Positions 49,301-61,000 of a stretch of 64,000 nucleotides of DNA are shown here, piece by piece. Within the stretch, counting starts at the first letter, position 1, and every line of letters begins with the position of its first letter. Position numbers and translations under genes: made by a program. This DNA comes from Bacteroidia bacterium (GTDB lineage: Bacteria > Bacteroidota > Bacteroidia > Palsa-965), in NCBI GenBank assembly GCA_044344795.1, contig JBIJCF010000002.1, positions 98,845-162,844 of the forward strand, in the 5' to 3' direction. The notes below the pieces were generated by a model. That model was not told the DNA's origin. It saw only the letters and a program-made list of their open reading frames with translations, and searched no databases.

Positions 49301-49485
49301 CGAATGGTGATGTGCCGGAGTTAGTTACCGAAGCACAACAGAAGTTGAATATACTGGATGCGTTAAAACCAAAACCAAGTGATCGCATTCGACAAGATTT
49401 GATCATTCCAATGGGTGAGCCAAAAGATGAAGGACTCTTTCAGAATGAAGCAGCTCCTCAACCTAACAATGGAGGTGGACAATGA
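46321..49485 (+). CDS. Large secreted tetratricopeptide-repeat (TPR) protein
   Basis: Signal peptide (LLLICSASAALRVQAQQ) and many TPR-like helical hairpins (Y..A...Y..g.Y..A) along 1054 aa. Confidence 0.75.
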   Translation: MRRYLFCLLLICSASAALRVQAQQTQVHIAPDAEFNQALDFFTKQKYAEALDRFDAIVKNAVDKKSFYAIDAQYYAAVCATELFHKDAEIRLQKFLTDHPESARKNRVYYHLGRYNFRKKDYKETLDWFREIDVYDLQKEELSEYYFKRGYSHYELGHTDSASKDFFEIKDIDTKYSPAANYYYSHIAYTHGNYETALQGFKRLTGNETFGPLVPYYIVQIYYLQKRYEEVIGYAPAMLDSAEPKKRFEIAHIVGASYFRVGKYRESIPYYQLFRKGAAYLNEQEGYELGYAYYKSDSCEQALTYFQLALTDSFTPLNQNIWYHVADCYIKTGDKHLARSAFGKAASMRFDPVVREDALFNYARLSYELSFDPFNEAIIALNEYLLEYPESPRRDEAYGLFTNIYLITRNYKEALSSIEKIKMLSPQMQPTYQMIAYNRGVELLKAKKYDDAVAHFNKSLIYPINMEMSAMARYWKGEAYYAKAEFERDTTGYVKAIDEYKAFQNTPGSANYGYFNTANYNTGYCYFEMKNWNAAAVAFRKYVSLKGKSDPLSRVYDSYLRLGDAYFRVGDFVNANDFYGQAVALATPDARFKDYAMYQQAMALGYLGKKKEKADLLRNMRETYPNSQYLASSRYQEAKTLHDLRMYDEALAAYSKLYNDLPQSEYAVPCLMNMGLIYRAKNDNDNALVQYKKAVEAVKGKGTSLFGDLMREIKDIYVLKGQLDQWEQYAESVGYLESAAVADSTTYAVATKFYKEGNCAEVLKQCNKYISKYPGGMYITDIHHMRAECAFKANDLTTALGSYNAVIAKGTTKYTQRAIAQAALIYNKQGDYANAVKLYRRVEIEATAQGERDNAKVNLMVCYNYLKVADSAAYYAGQVLTLKGLPSDIIGQANFLKGNDALAKNDKIQADKYFKEAKKLLQGMEAGAEASYRLCWIKYDNKEHKTAKQAILDHIKENAGFSQWSGKGWLLLSDNYLAMKDTINARKILEYYIANGDVPELVTEAQQKLNILDALKPKPSDRIRQDLIIPMGEPKDEGLFQNEAAPQPNNGGGQ

Positions 49486-51122
49486 AAAAGTTATTGATCA
49501 TATTAAGTTGTTCCATTAGCGTAACAATTTTCGCGCAAATCGGCTTTACAATTGATGCGGAGGGAAGTGCGTCTCCGATTATTTTAGATGAAGTCAGGAA
49601 GTTGCCGGAAGAGGTGCTGTTCAAAGACACAACACTGAAGAAGCCCGACTTTCAATACAATCTGCCGACAAAACGTTATGTCACTTCTTTCGTTCCGGAT
49701 ACCATCAATCCCGCAAAGTTATCTAGTGAACCACTAACGAAATTGTACAGAACGTATGCGCGTGTTGGAGTTGGAAATTACGGCACCTTATACGGGCAGA
49801 TTAATGTAATGAGTTTGCGTTCGAAAAAAGGCGCATATGGTTTAAGACTGCAACATCATTCTGCAAAAGGCCCTGAGGAAGTGCAGAGTGAGTACTCCGG
49901 ATTTTCAACACAAAAGGCGAATATTTGGGGAACAACATTTTTCGGAAAACACTCGTTGTCCGCCGGTTTTGATTATAATCGTCGCAAGGTGTCGTACTTC
50001 GGAAGCGTTAATCCTGAAAACATTTTCACCGAGAACTTTTCTTCGCAATGGTATAATCTGTATCAGGCAGAAACAAAATTGAAAAGTTATTATCGCGATT
50101 CCTCTGCTATTAATCATCAAATTGATGCTCACTATTACTTCATGAATGATCGATATAAGGTAGGCGAGAATAATTTTCTTTTAACTGCTAATGCAGGTCG
50201 TTACCTGAATAAGGAATACATCGATGCCTTGTTCGAAACCGATTATAACAGAACACACGGAGAGCAGGATACGGTTGTAAATTCTATTATCCGTTTCACC
50301 CCAAGATTTACAGTGCACACTCCAAAGTTTGATGCACGAATTGGTGTTGGATTGCACTTTCAAGCAGGTGATGAAAAGTTGACACTCGTTTATCCTCAAG
50401 CGTATTTCAGCTATAATATCATCAACAATATCATTACGCCGTACGTTGCATTGTCAGGAGGTCTTGAACGTAATTCGTATCGGTCATTTACCGAAATCAA
50501 CCCTTTCATCATTAACTCTTCGGCATTCGGTTTGCGCAATACACAACGTCGTTATGAGCTTTCTGCCGGTATTCGCGGAAGCCTTTCTTCCGAAATAAGT
50601 TATGATGCTAAAGTGAAGTTGTATGAATTACGTAATGCGCCGTTCTTCGTAAATACTTCTGAGCCGGTTGATATTTTCAGAAACAAGTTCATGATCGTTT
50701 ACGATGATGTAGAAGTGGTGCAGGTTCATGGCGAATTGAGCTGGCAACGTTTCGAAAAAATTCGGGTTTTAGCAGTCGGTGATTATTTTAAATACTCCAT
50801 GACCAATGAAGCACGACCATGGCATACCCCGGCGTTGCGCTTGGCATTGACAAGCCAATATAATTTGCGCGATAAAATATTAGCCGGAGCCAGTGTCTAT
50901 TATTTAAGCGGACAATATGCTAAGCTGATTAATGGTTCACAGTTTAGCGAAGTAACATTAGACGGTCTTGTAGATGTTAATTTGAATTTTGAATACCGCT
51001 ACACGAAGTTCTTATCGCTGTATGCTAATTTCAATAACATCGCAGCGCAACGATATCAGCGCTGGTATGGTTATCCTACGCAGCGATTTAACTTTGTTGC
51101 CGGGTTATCTTATACGTTTTGA
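49482..51122 (+). CDS. Putative outer-membrane beta-barrel protein
   Basis: Signal peptide (LIILSCSISVTIFAQ), alternating beta-strand pattern and a terminal ...GLSYTF with C-terminal Phe. ATGA overlap with the TPR gene. Confidence 0.6.
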   Translation: MKKLLIILSCSISVTIFAQIGFTIDAEGSASPIILDEVRKLPEEVLFKDTTLKKPDFQYNLPTKRYVTSFVPDTINPAKLSSEPLTKLYRTYARVGVGNYGTLYGQINVMSLRSKKGAYGLRLQHHSAKGPEEVQSEYSGFSTQKANIWGTTFFGKHSLSAGFDYNRRKVSYFGSVNPENIFTENFSSQWYNLYQAETKLKSYYRDSSAINHQIDAHYYFMNDRYKVGENNFLLTANAGRYLNKEYIDALFETDYNRTHGEQDTVVNSIIRFTPRFTVHTPKFDARIGVGLHFQAGDEKLTLVYPQAYFSYNIINNIITPYVALSGGLERNSYRSFTEINPFIINSSAFGLRNTQRRYELSAGIRGSLSSEISYDAKVKLYELRNAPFFVNTSEPVDIFRNKFMIVYDDVEVVQVHGELSWQRFEKIRVLAVGDYFKYSMTNEARPWHTPALRLALTSQYNLRDKILAGASVYYLSGQYAKLINGSQFSEVTLDGLVDVNLNFEYRYTKFLSLYANFNNIAAQRYQRWYGYPTQRFNFVAGLSYTF

Positions 51123-51290
51123 ACGCGTAAGAAAAACGCTTAAATAGCCATATCCTAATTCTCCAAATTTTTGGCGTAACAAGTTCTCGACAATTTGTTG
51201 ATAAGCCTCAATGTTTTCAAGGGTTTAAGGTCATTCGTGACGGCATTTTTCGTAACTTTACAACACATTAAAAAATCGAAAAAATCCTGA

Positions 51291-53255
<1,965 letters not shown>

Positions 53256-53279
53256 TAACATCTTCCATAGATATAAAAA

Positions 53280-53304
53280 GGACAGCCTATTGGTTGTCCT
53301 TTTT
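53280..53304 (+). terminator. Rho-independent terminator after gyrB
   Basis: GGACAGCC-TATT-GGTTGTCC (8-bp stem with one G-U pair) followed by TTTTT. Confidence 0.6.
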
Positions 53305-53328
53305 ATTGTTATGTCAATAATTGGAAAT

Positions 53329-53360
53329 AAAAAATGCTACTCATTTGAGTAGCATTTTTT
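53329..53360 (-). terminator. Rho-independent terminator after the first collagen-like gene (symmetrical)
   Basis: AAAAA-ATGCTACTCA-TT-TGAGTAGCAT-TTTTT: a perfect 10-nt inverted repeat flanked by A and T runs. Confidence 0.65.
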
Positions 53361-53376
53361 ACGTTTTGTTTTATGT

Positions 53377-55389
53377 CTATCGCTTGCTTCCGCCTTTACC
53401 TGCAGGGGCAGGAGTTGCAGGAGCAGCTTCAACTTGAGCAGGTTGGGCTTGAGTGGATTGAACTCGTTGCGGTCCAACCGGGAAACGAGCGTCAGCATAC
53501 TGTGAAGTAGCTGTGTTCGCACGGTTGCCTACAATTTGCCAAGTAAACTTCGTGTTGGAATTGCCGTTGTTTAATTCTACAACGGCAAATCCATTTATTG
53601 ATTTATTCTCAACGTAAACGCCTTGGCAATTTCCTTCCAACTGAATAAATACTTTCACCGGCTTATTTGGATCCATGTTCATTGCTAAAACAGGATCAAT
53701 AGTAACATGTGCTTTGCCATTTACTAGCTGACCTTCACCAAAATCCTGAAACAATACTTCAGGCGCTTCCGTGCAGAACATCACCCGGTTTTGTCCGGAT
53801 TGATCCTGAATCATAGTCGATTTAGTACCGGCTGAAAGAATCGCGTAATCAATATTTCCGGTACGTCCGCCAACATATGCAAATCCATTCACGGAATTCA
53901 AGAAGTCGAAGTAACCACCCCAGCGGTCATTACTTAAGGCTGCTGCAGCAAATCCTGTTGTTCCAAATGAAGTACCGTTACCTACAACACCTTCACCTGT
54001 TCCTGTGTTAGTAATCCCGGTGATGTTATTACCACCACCCATTACACCAATACCTGTCGCTGTATTGGTTCCAATAGCATACACACCGTTTGCTGTTCCA
54101 TTCGCAGATAGTCCGGATCCATTTGCAAGTACAGAACCTGCAGCAATATTAGTTCCTAAGGCGATAATACCTGTACCTGTTGCATTTTGGTTAAAGCCAC
54201 GTACACCTGTTACCAATGCTCCATTTGCTACACCATTAACACCAAATCCGGTTGTTGATAAACCTCCTACACCAATACCACCTGCAGTGTTATTGCCAAA
54301 TACGCCCACACCGGCATTGTTCCCATTTTGTCCGAATACACCAACACCATTAGCTGCGTTTATACCTAAAACACCCTGACCATTACCTGTATTTTCACCG
54401 TACAAGCCTGCAAATGCCCCTGCACTGTAACCGCTGATTGGATAATCGGTTTGATTCGCTACGGTATTTGTCGCTCCCGGATAGTTACTGCCATATACAG
54501 CAAACAAATCTCCCGCAAATGTGGTAGTTGAGTTAATAGTAGCTTGTGGTGTCGTATAGAATCGCATGCGCTCATTTCCTGCCGCAGCACCATTCGTTTT
54601 AACAACGAATGCTTGTGCATCAGTAGTGCCAATGAAGTTCGTACCCGCTGTTGTTCCACTATTACCTGTTGTTAACCAAGCAGCAGTTGTAGAGGTTATT
54701 GGACCTCCGGAACCTGCAGTTCCGTTAACAGTAACAGTTCCATTGGCATTGTATGTAATTGCAGATAAAGTCCATGTAGGACCTGTAGGACCTGCACTAC
54801 CTGTCGGGCCTTGTGGACCTGTTGCTCCATTAGCGCCGGCAACCCCGGTCGCGCCTGTCAATCCTGTCGGACCGGTAGATCCGTTCGCTCCATTTGTTCC
54901 TGTCGCCCCGGTTGGCCCTGTTGGTCCAATTCCAATGCCTGTTGGTCCAGTCGGTCCTGTAGTTCCTGCAGCACCTGTTGGACCCGGATCGCCTGATGGT
55001 CCCGTTGGTCCTGTAACACCATTAGATCCGGCAACGCCTGTTGGTCCTGTAGCACCTGTAACGCCGTTTGATCCTGCAGGTCCTGTTGGCCCTGTAGGTC
55101 CTGTTGATGATGTTGAAGTACACATGTTTTGCCACGTTGTAGTCGCAGCAATGTAGTAGAAGAAACAATCAAAGTTGGTATCATAAACTAAAAGACCATT
55201 TGCCGGCGTAGTAATTGCCAAACGTTGAGCAGTGGTCATGCGTGGTACCAATACACCTTGAGATGTAGACTGGACATCAAGCATTGAAGAGGCATCTGGA
55301 GTGTTAGTGCCTATACCTACGTTGTTCTGGGCAAATGCAACAAAACTCGCTAATGCAGTGAATCCGAGTACTACAGCTATTTTTTTCAT
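53377..55389 (-). CDS. Secreted collagen-like (Gly-X-Y) repeat protein with a conserved N-terminal head and a Gly-rich C-terminal region
   Basis: Signal peptide, then the head [18 protein letters not shown]...[18 protein letters not shown], then [19 protein letters not shown]... triplets, then a Gly/Asn/Thr-rich region. No T9SS CTD is recognisable. Confidence 0.8.
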   Translation of the reverse strand: MKKIAVVLGFTALASFVAFAQNNVGIGTNTPDASSMLDVQSTSQGVLVPRMTTAQRLAITTPANGLLVYDTNFDCFFYYIAATTTWQNMCTSTSSTGPTGPTGPAGSNGVTGATGPTGVAGSNGVTGPTGPSGDPGPTGAAGTTGPTGPTGIGIGPTGPTGATGTNGANGSTGPTGLTGATGVAGANGATGPQGPTGSAGPTGPTWTLSAITYNANGTVTVNGTAGSGGPITSTTAAWLTTGNSGTTAGTNFIGTTDAQAFVVKTNGAAAGNERMRFYTTPQATINSTTTFAGDLFAVYGSNYPGATNTVANQTDYPISGYSAGAFAGLYGENTGNGQGVLGINAANGVGVFGQNGNNAGVGVFGNNTAGGIGVGGLSTTGFGVNGVANGALVTGVRGFNQNATGTGIIALGTNIAAGSVLANGSGLSANGTANGVYAIGTNTATGIGVMGGGNNITGITNTGTGEGVVGNGTSFGTTGFAAAALSNDRWGGYFDFLNSVNGFAYVGGRTGNIDYAILSAGTKSTMIQDQSGQNRVMFCTEAPEVLFQDFGEGQLVNGKAHVTIDPVLAMNMDPNKPVKVFIQLEGNCQGVYVENKSINGFAVVELNNGNSNTKFTWQIVGNRANTATSQYADARFPVGPQRVQSTQAQPAQVEAAPATPAPAGKGGSKR

Positions 55390-55558
55390 ATAAAATTTTC
55401 TCGACGGGAATTGAAAGATAATTCAAACAGTAAGATAAAAAAATCGGCTGACGAAGAACCATCAAATCTTTATTGAACAAAAATTGGGACCCGCGGGCAT
55501 TAAAAAAAAGTCTTTTTATACAAGAAGGCTCTTTCAAAACACGATGAATTTTAGAAAC

Positions 55559-58018
55559 TTATCTCGAACGAGGAGTTACTTGAGGAACCGCATTCCTATT
55601 TTGAAAAGTTGACGTCGAACTACCCATCCGGTTAGCTTCAACTGCAGGAATTGCTCCTGATTTCACAGGCGGGTTTGTTCCAAATTGAACTGACGATCCG
55701 TTCCACCAAATAGATGTTGGCTGATCAATAGTGTTGTTATCATTAAACATTACTGATCGCATGTTTAAATCGAAATTATCATCCAACACCTCAGTTGGAA
55801 TGACAGGGTTTTCATTACCCTTTACAGTCGCGGTTGCAGTCCAATTAATCACAACATTACTTGAACCGTTATTATTCTCCCTAACAGAAAAGCCTGCGGC
55901 GGTAATAGAATGCACGTACACACCATTAGTATTTCCGCCGGGAGTAACATTGATTACTAAATCATTCGGATCAGAAATTGCCGCTACAAAGTTCACATCA
56001 AACGGAATAAAAACTTCACCGTTATTCAGCTGTGCTTTTCCACGTGAACTAACGTCTGATGTCATTGCAGCTGAGCTGTACACAGGGACGCGAACTCCAC
56101 TACCATCTTGTTTACTCACCAACTGAGCTGTTGGACCGTTGGTTAACGATAAACCATCCACATACATGGAGTATCTTGTACCGTGCATGTTTAAACCATA
56201 TGCCATACCACGTACCCATCCGCCCATAACACCTCCATAAATGCCAAGACCGATGTGTGTATTGGCTTCCCCATTCCACTGTTCTGCTGCGCTCTGGGTA
56301 TTAGGGTTAATACGTCCGCCGGCAACACCAACTTGATATGCCTGTCCGAATCCATAAACTCCATAATCAATACCTGAATTAGAATAATAACCCAAAGCTC
56401 CAGTTGCAAGTCCAAAATCATAACCCATAACACCACCACTTCTTAAACTGGCTCCTCCAGAGCCATAGACACCAAACTTATAAGATCCATTAGTGGTTGC
56501 TTGTCCATTCACTCCGGTTGCTACAGCATTAAAGCCCGTCCCGGCAGTTGTAGTAAGGAAGGAGCCTCTAACCCCTGCACCTTGCGCATTAGTTCCAGAG
56601 TATTCTCCTTGCACAGCAGCGTAAATCGTAGTGCCCGCTTGGATAGCCCCATACACGCCACTACCGTTAAATGATGAATAACCGTTGACAGCCCATGGGA
56701 ATGTGGCGTTTGATACACCATTCAGCAAGTCTCCGGGCAAAGCCGTAACAGTTGTACCAATGAAAAACTCGCCAAGATTTGAAAGTCGTCCACGTACGAT
56801 GTTATTACTTACCAAATCCATATGGTTGTTTGAGCTGGTTCCTAAAAATCCGGTTGCGGTTAATGCATTCGTCCCGGCAGTATTAGGGGCTGCAATCCAA
56901 AATTGTCCGACTGTTGTTACCGGTCCACCTGATCCTGCTGTTCCATTAACAGTTAAAGTTCCGGAAGCATTTACTGTTGGTGTAGTTAGTGTCCAAGTTG
57001 GTCCGGTTGGTCCTGTAGCTCCATTTGCACCGGTTGGTCCTGTAGCTCCATTAGCTCCTGCAGGTCCTGTAGCACCAGTTAATCCTGTGGGTCCTGTTGC
57101 CCCATTGGCACCGGCCGCTCCTGTTGGTCCTGCAGGTCCTGTTGCTCCATTAGCTCCTGCAGGTCCTGTAGCACCTGTTAATCCTGTGGGTCCTGTTGCC
57201 CCATTAGCACCGGCCGCTCCTGTTGGTCCGGCCGCTCCTGTAGCTCCATTAGCACCGGCCGCTCCTGTTGGTCCTGCCGGTCCTATTGCCCCAGTTAAAC
57301 CTGTCGGACCGGGATCTCCTGAAGGACCTGTCGGACCTGTTGTTCCCGCAACACCTGTCGGACCTGTCGGACCTGTCGCTCCGTTAGCACCTGTCGCTCC
57401 ATTAGCACCATTAATGCCTGTGGGACCTGTTGGTCCCGTTGGTCCGATACCAAATCCTGTAGGTCCAGTCGGTCCGGTAGGGCCGATTAGTCCTTGCACA
57501 CCGGTAGGACCGGGATCTCCTGAAGGACCTGTTGGGCCAGCAACACCGGCCGGTCCTTGTGGACCAATTGCCCCGGCGCAATCTAACGCATCCCAAAAGC
57601 CATCAGTATTTACGTCTTCGGCAGGATCGCTAACGCCGTTACCATTTAAATCCCAGCAACTAATTCCATTATTCCCGGATGTTCCATTAGCTCCGGTTGC
57701 ACCGGTTGGACCAGTTGGGCCTGTAGTAGCAGAGCTCGTACACATGTTTTGCCACGTTGTAGTTGCTGCTATGTAATAGAAGAAGCAATCGAAGTTGGTG
57801 TCATAAACAAGCAAGCCGTTGGCAGGAGTGGTAATTGCCAAACGCTGCGCGGTAGTCATTCTTGGAACCAATACACCTTGTGTAGACGATTGCATTTCTA
57901 AAACCGATGATGCATCAGGTGTGCTTGTTCCTATGCCGACATTGTTCTGCGCACTTATGGAAAGCGAACAAAACGTAATCGCGCTTAGTATTCCAATCTT
58001 TGTAAAGTTAATGGCCAT
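55559..58018 (-). CDS. Secreted collagen-like (Gly-X-Y) repeat protein, a longer tandem paralogue
   Basis: Same head domain (49 consecutive identical residues with the neighbour), a longer GXY tract interrupted by a Cys-flanked Asp-rich insert, and a homologous C-terminal module. Confidence 0.8.
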   Translation of the reverse strand: MAINFTKIGILSAITFCSLSISAQNNVGIGTSTPDASSVLEMQSSTQGVLVPRMTTAQRLAITTPANGLLVYDTNFDCFFYYIAATTTWQNMCTSSATTGPTGPTGATGANGTSGNNGISCWDLNGNGVSDPAEDVNTDGFWDALDCAGAIGPQGPAGVAGPTGPSGDPGPTGVQGLIGPTGPTGPTGFGIGPTGPTGPTGINGANGATGANGATGPTGPTGVAGTTGPTGPSGDPGPTGLTGAIGPAGPTGAAGANGATGAAGPTGAAGANGATGPTGLTGATGPAGANGATGPAGPTGAAGANGATGPTGLTGATGPAGANGATGPTGANGATGPTGPTWTLTTPTVNASGTLTVNGTAGSGGPVTTVGQFWIAAPNTAGTNALTATGFLGTSSNNHMDLVSNNIVRGRLSNLGEFFIGTTVTALPGDLLNGVSNATFPWAVNGYSSFNGSGVYGAIQAGTTIYAAVQGEYSGTNAQGAGVRGSFLTTTAGTGFNAVATGVNGQATTNGSYKFGVYGSGGASLRSGGVMGYDFGLATGALGYYSNSGIDYGVYGFGQAYQVGVAGGRINPNTQSAAEQWNGEANTHIGLGIYGGVMGGWVRGMAYGLNMHGTRYSMYVDGLSLTNGPTAQLVSKQDGSGVRVPVYSSAAMTSDVSSRGKAQLNNGEVFIPFDVNFVAAISDPNDLVINVTPGGNTNGVYVHSITAAGFSVRENNNGSSNVVINWTATATVKGNENPVIPTEVLDDNFDLNMRSVMFNDNNTIDQPTSIWWNGSSVQFGTNPPVKSGAIPAVEANRMGSSTSTFQNRNAVPQVTPRSR
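57036..57233 (-). repeat. Tandem 99-bp (33-aa, 11 GXY triplets) duplication inside the collagen tract
   Basis: By hand alignment, copy 1 (57036-57134) and copy 2 (57135-57233) differ at 5 of 99 positions. A partial third copy follows. Confidence 0.8.
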
Positions 58019-58046
58019 ATGCAGGGAAAATGGTTACAATGAAATT

Positions 58047-61000
58047 TTAACGAATCAAGTTAACAGCACCAATATACTGCCTTCTCGATCCATCAGGTGA
58101 AACGGTACTTATTTTATACACATAAGTGTCAATTTGACAAACTCTACTTGAGCCTTGAACGGTTCCATCCCATCCACCAGGCCAAGTTGTTGTCTGATAA
58201 ATCATATTTCCCCAACGATCAAAAATGTACATGCTGTATTTGTCAGGATTAATTCCAATGCCTTGCGGGAAGAATAATTCATTCAAGCCATCCCCATTTG
58301 GCGTAAATGCATTTGGAATGTAAATCGCGTAATCTTCACGAATCAAAATCGGCAATGTAATGGAGTCCGTACATCCGTATTGATTTGCGACGATCAACTG
58401 TACCATCACAGTACCTGAATCATTGAATTGGTAACTTGGATTTTGTAACACAGATGCAGAATCGTCTTGACCAAAACTCCATAACCAAGTGGTTGCGCCG
58501 AAAGATTGATCGGTGAACTGAACTGTGTTGTTCAGTAACGTCGCCGGATTTGGAGTGGCCGAAAAGTCTGCTACTGGATTCGGATAAACGGTAACGTAGT
58601 TGGTTAATGTTAATGTAGATGTACATCCGATTACATCAGTAACTGTAGCAGTAACGTCATACGATCCTGGTGTTGAGAAACAAAAAGTAGGCGTGGCAGA
58701 AGATGACGTGCCTAAATTATTTCCAAACGCCCAAGTTACTGTTTGCGTATTAGGCGTGTTGTTTATAAATGAAACACAATGGGTCGCACAGTCTTCAAGA
58801 TCTGATGTTGCAGCAAACGTAACAATAGGCGCAGGATTGATAGTCACTGTAATGGAATCAATTGTTGCAGGACTACCACAGCCATCCGTAAGAACAACAG
58901 TATAGGTTGTAGTTGTTTGTACGGTAGTTGTTTGTGATGAACCGTTGGTGTTTAAGGGTAACCATGTATACGTCAAATTGCCATCACCACCTGAACCGTT
59001 AGCACTAAATGTTACCTGCGTGCCCTGACAAACGATTTGATCTGCACTAGCGGTTACTTGAAGTGGAGGATTAACAGTTACAGTGACAACCGCAGGTTGA
59101 GATACACAACCGTTAGCGTCTGTAACGGTAACAGTATATGTTGTTGTTACAATAGGATTCACAATCCATGTCTGCCCCTGAGATGCATTCGTGCCATCAG
59201 TCCAATCATACGTATAAGGCGCTGTTCCTCCTGCTGCAGTTGCAGACACGTTGTATGTTTGACCAATACAAATTGTCCCATTAGCACCACCGGCAACAGT
59301 TAATAATGAAGGTTGAATGATTGTTGCAATTGCCGTATCCTGACATCCATTAGCATCAGTCATTGTTACAGTGTAAGTTCCTGGGCATAACAAAGAAGCA
59401 GAGGCTGTATTACCACCGGAAGGCGACCAACTGTACGAGTATGGTCCGGTACCTCCAATAGTTGCTGTAATGAGTTGTCCTTCGCATGATCCAAAACAAG
59501 GAGTAGGAGTATTGCTCACTATCGAGACATCTGCACCGGGTGTATTTGGAACGGTTAGACACAAGGTATCACCACATCCATTAACGTCATAGGCGTATAC
59601 ACAAACCTGTCCTGACGCTAAATTATTTTCAGTCAAGCCACTGTTACCGGAAGGCCATTGCACAGTGTAAGGCCCATTTCCGCCGATTACAGTAATCGTC
59701 ACGCTTCCATCATTTAATCCACAATTGGCGCTTAGGATTGAAGTTGCTTGGATGTCAACAGGAGTAGGTTCTGTAACAAAAATATTTGCTGTTGCGGTGC
59801 AGCCAATAGCGTCCGTAACAGTTATGTTGTATGCACTCGCACACAAACCATTAATGGAACTCGTTGTGGCTGCATTGCTCCAGGCAAATGTGTATGGAGG
59901 ATAACCTCCCGTGACATTTGTCGTAATGCTGCCATCACAAGAGCCAAAACATGTTGCATTGGTTGCATTTAATGTTACTCCTAGCTGTTGGGCTGCAACG
60001 TGCACGGTCACTTGATCTGTTCCGGTACAACCATTCGCATCCGTAACAGTAACAGTGTATGTTGTAGTTGCAGTGGGACAAACTTGAGGGTTTGGAATTA
60101 ATGTGCTACCAACAATACTTGGGTCGGCATTCCAAACATAAGATACACCTCCACTTGCATTTAAATTGATGCACGTTCCTGTACAAACTGTGTCATCAAT
60201 TCCTGCATCAGCTGTTGTCATTGGAGTAACGTTCACTGTAACCTGTGCGGTTCCGGAGCATCCGCTTGCATCTGTTGCTGTTACTGTGTAAGTGGTTGTT
60301 ACTGTTGGCGAAGCTACAGGGTTCGAAATATTAGTAGCGCTCAAACCTATTGCAGGAGACCACGACCAACTTGTTGCTCCGGCTGCGTTAGCTGATAATT
60401 GTGTGTTACCGCCAGTACAAATGTTTGCGGTAGTTGGGATCGCCGTTACCGTCAATGAACTAACGTTTACAATTACCTGGTCACTAACAGTAACTGTTTG
60501 GTTATTGCAGTTGGTATATGTTGCTTGAAAAGTGTAGGTAGTTGTAACAGTAGGGCAAACATTAATGGCAGCAGTATTACCAACTTGAGTAGGTCCAACG
60601 AACCAACCAATAGTATACGTGTTAGCTCCACTAGGTGTCCAACGTCGACCTTCTGGTGCATTGATTGTCCATTGCAAAGGACTATTTCTTCCAGCCTGCA
60701 CAACGGCTTGTGTGCCATTTTGATTGTGTACCGCCTGAATTGCTCTACCAGAGTTCCAAGAGCAGATAGGTTTGGTTTGAATAAAGTTGTCAATTATATT
60801 GGTTGTTTCATACAATACCAATTGCTGAGTAACAGGCGTACCACAAGAATACATTGGTACGGCATTCCAACTCACAACAAACCTTCTGCATGGTGCAGTA
60901 CCATAAGTTGCATATCGCACACTTCCGCCCAAGCCCGGGTTTAAGTCGTGCCAAGGCCCCATGATTGTGTTCATAGGATTAGCAGCCGTAGGAACTGCAG

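Noticed and set aside
54566-55156. A 196-aa plus-strand ORF made of PVGPVAPV repeats, plus the ORFs at 54811-54996 (+), 54858-55184 (-) and 54005-54379 (+).
   Set aside because: These are frame or antisense artefacts of the GC-rich, stop-poor Gly-X-Y coding repeats. Only the minus-strand frame has a signal peptide, a head domain and a coherent C-terminus.
56685-57776. A 363-aa plus-strand ORF ([11 protein letters not shown]...) antisense to the second collagen-like gene.
   Set aside because: Same reasoning as above: a repeat-driven open antisense frame with no start context or non-repeat domains. Antisense expression cannot be excluded without RNA data.
58600-60600. Periodic nucleotide and protein repeats that might suggest a CRISPR array or tandem-repeat array.
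   Set aside because: The periodicity is about 230-250 nt and lies in-frame within one long ORF. It corresponds to diverged Ig-like/SprB-repeat protein domains (recurring TTTYTVTVTDANGC). There are no short identical repeats with unique spacers.
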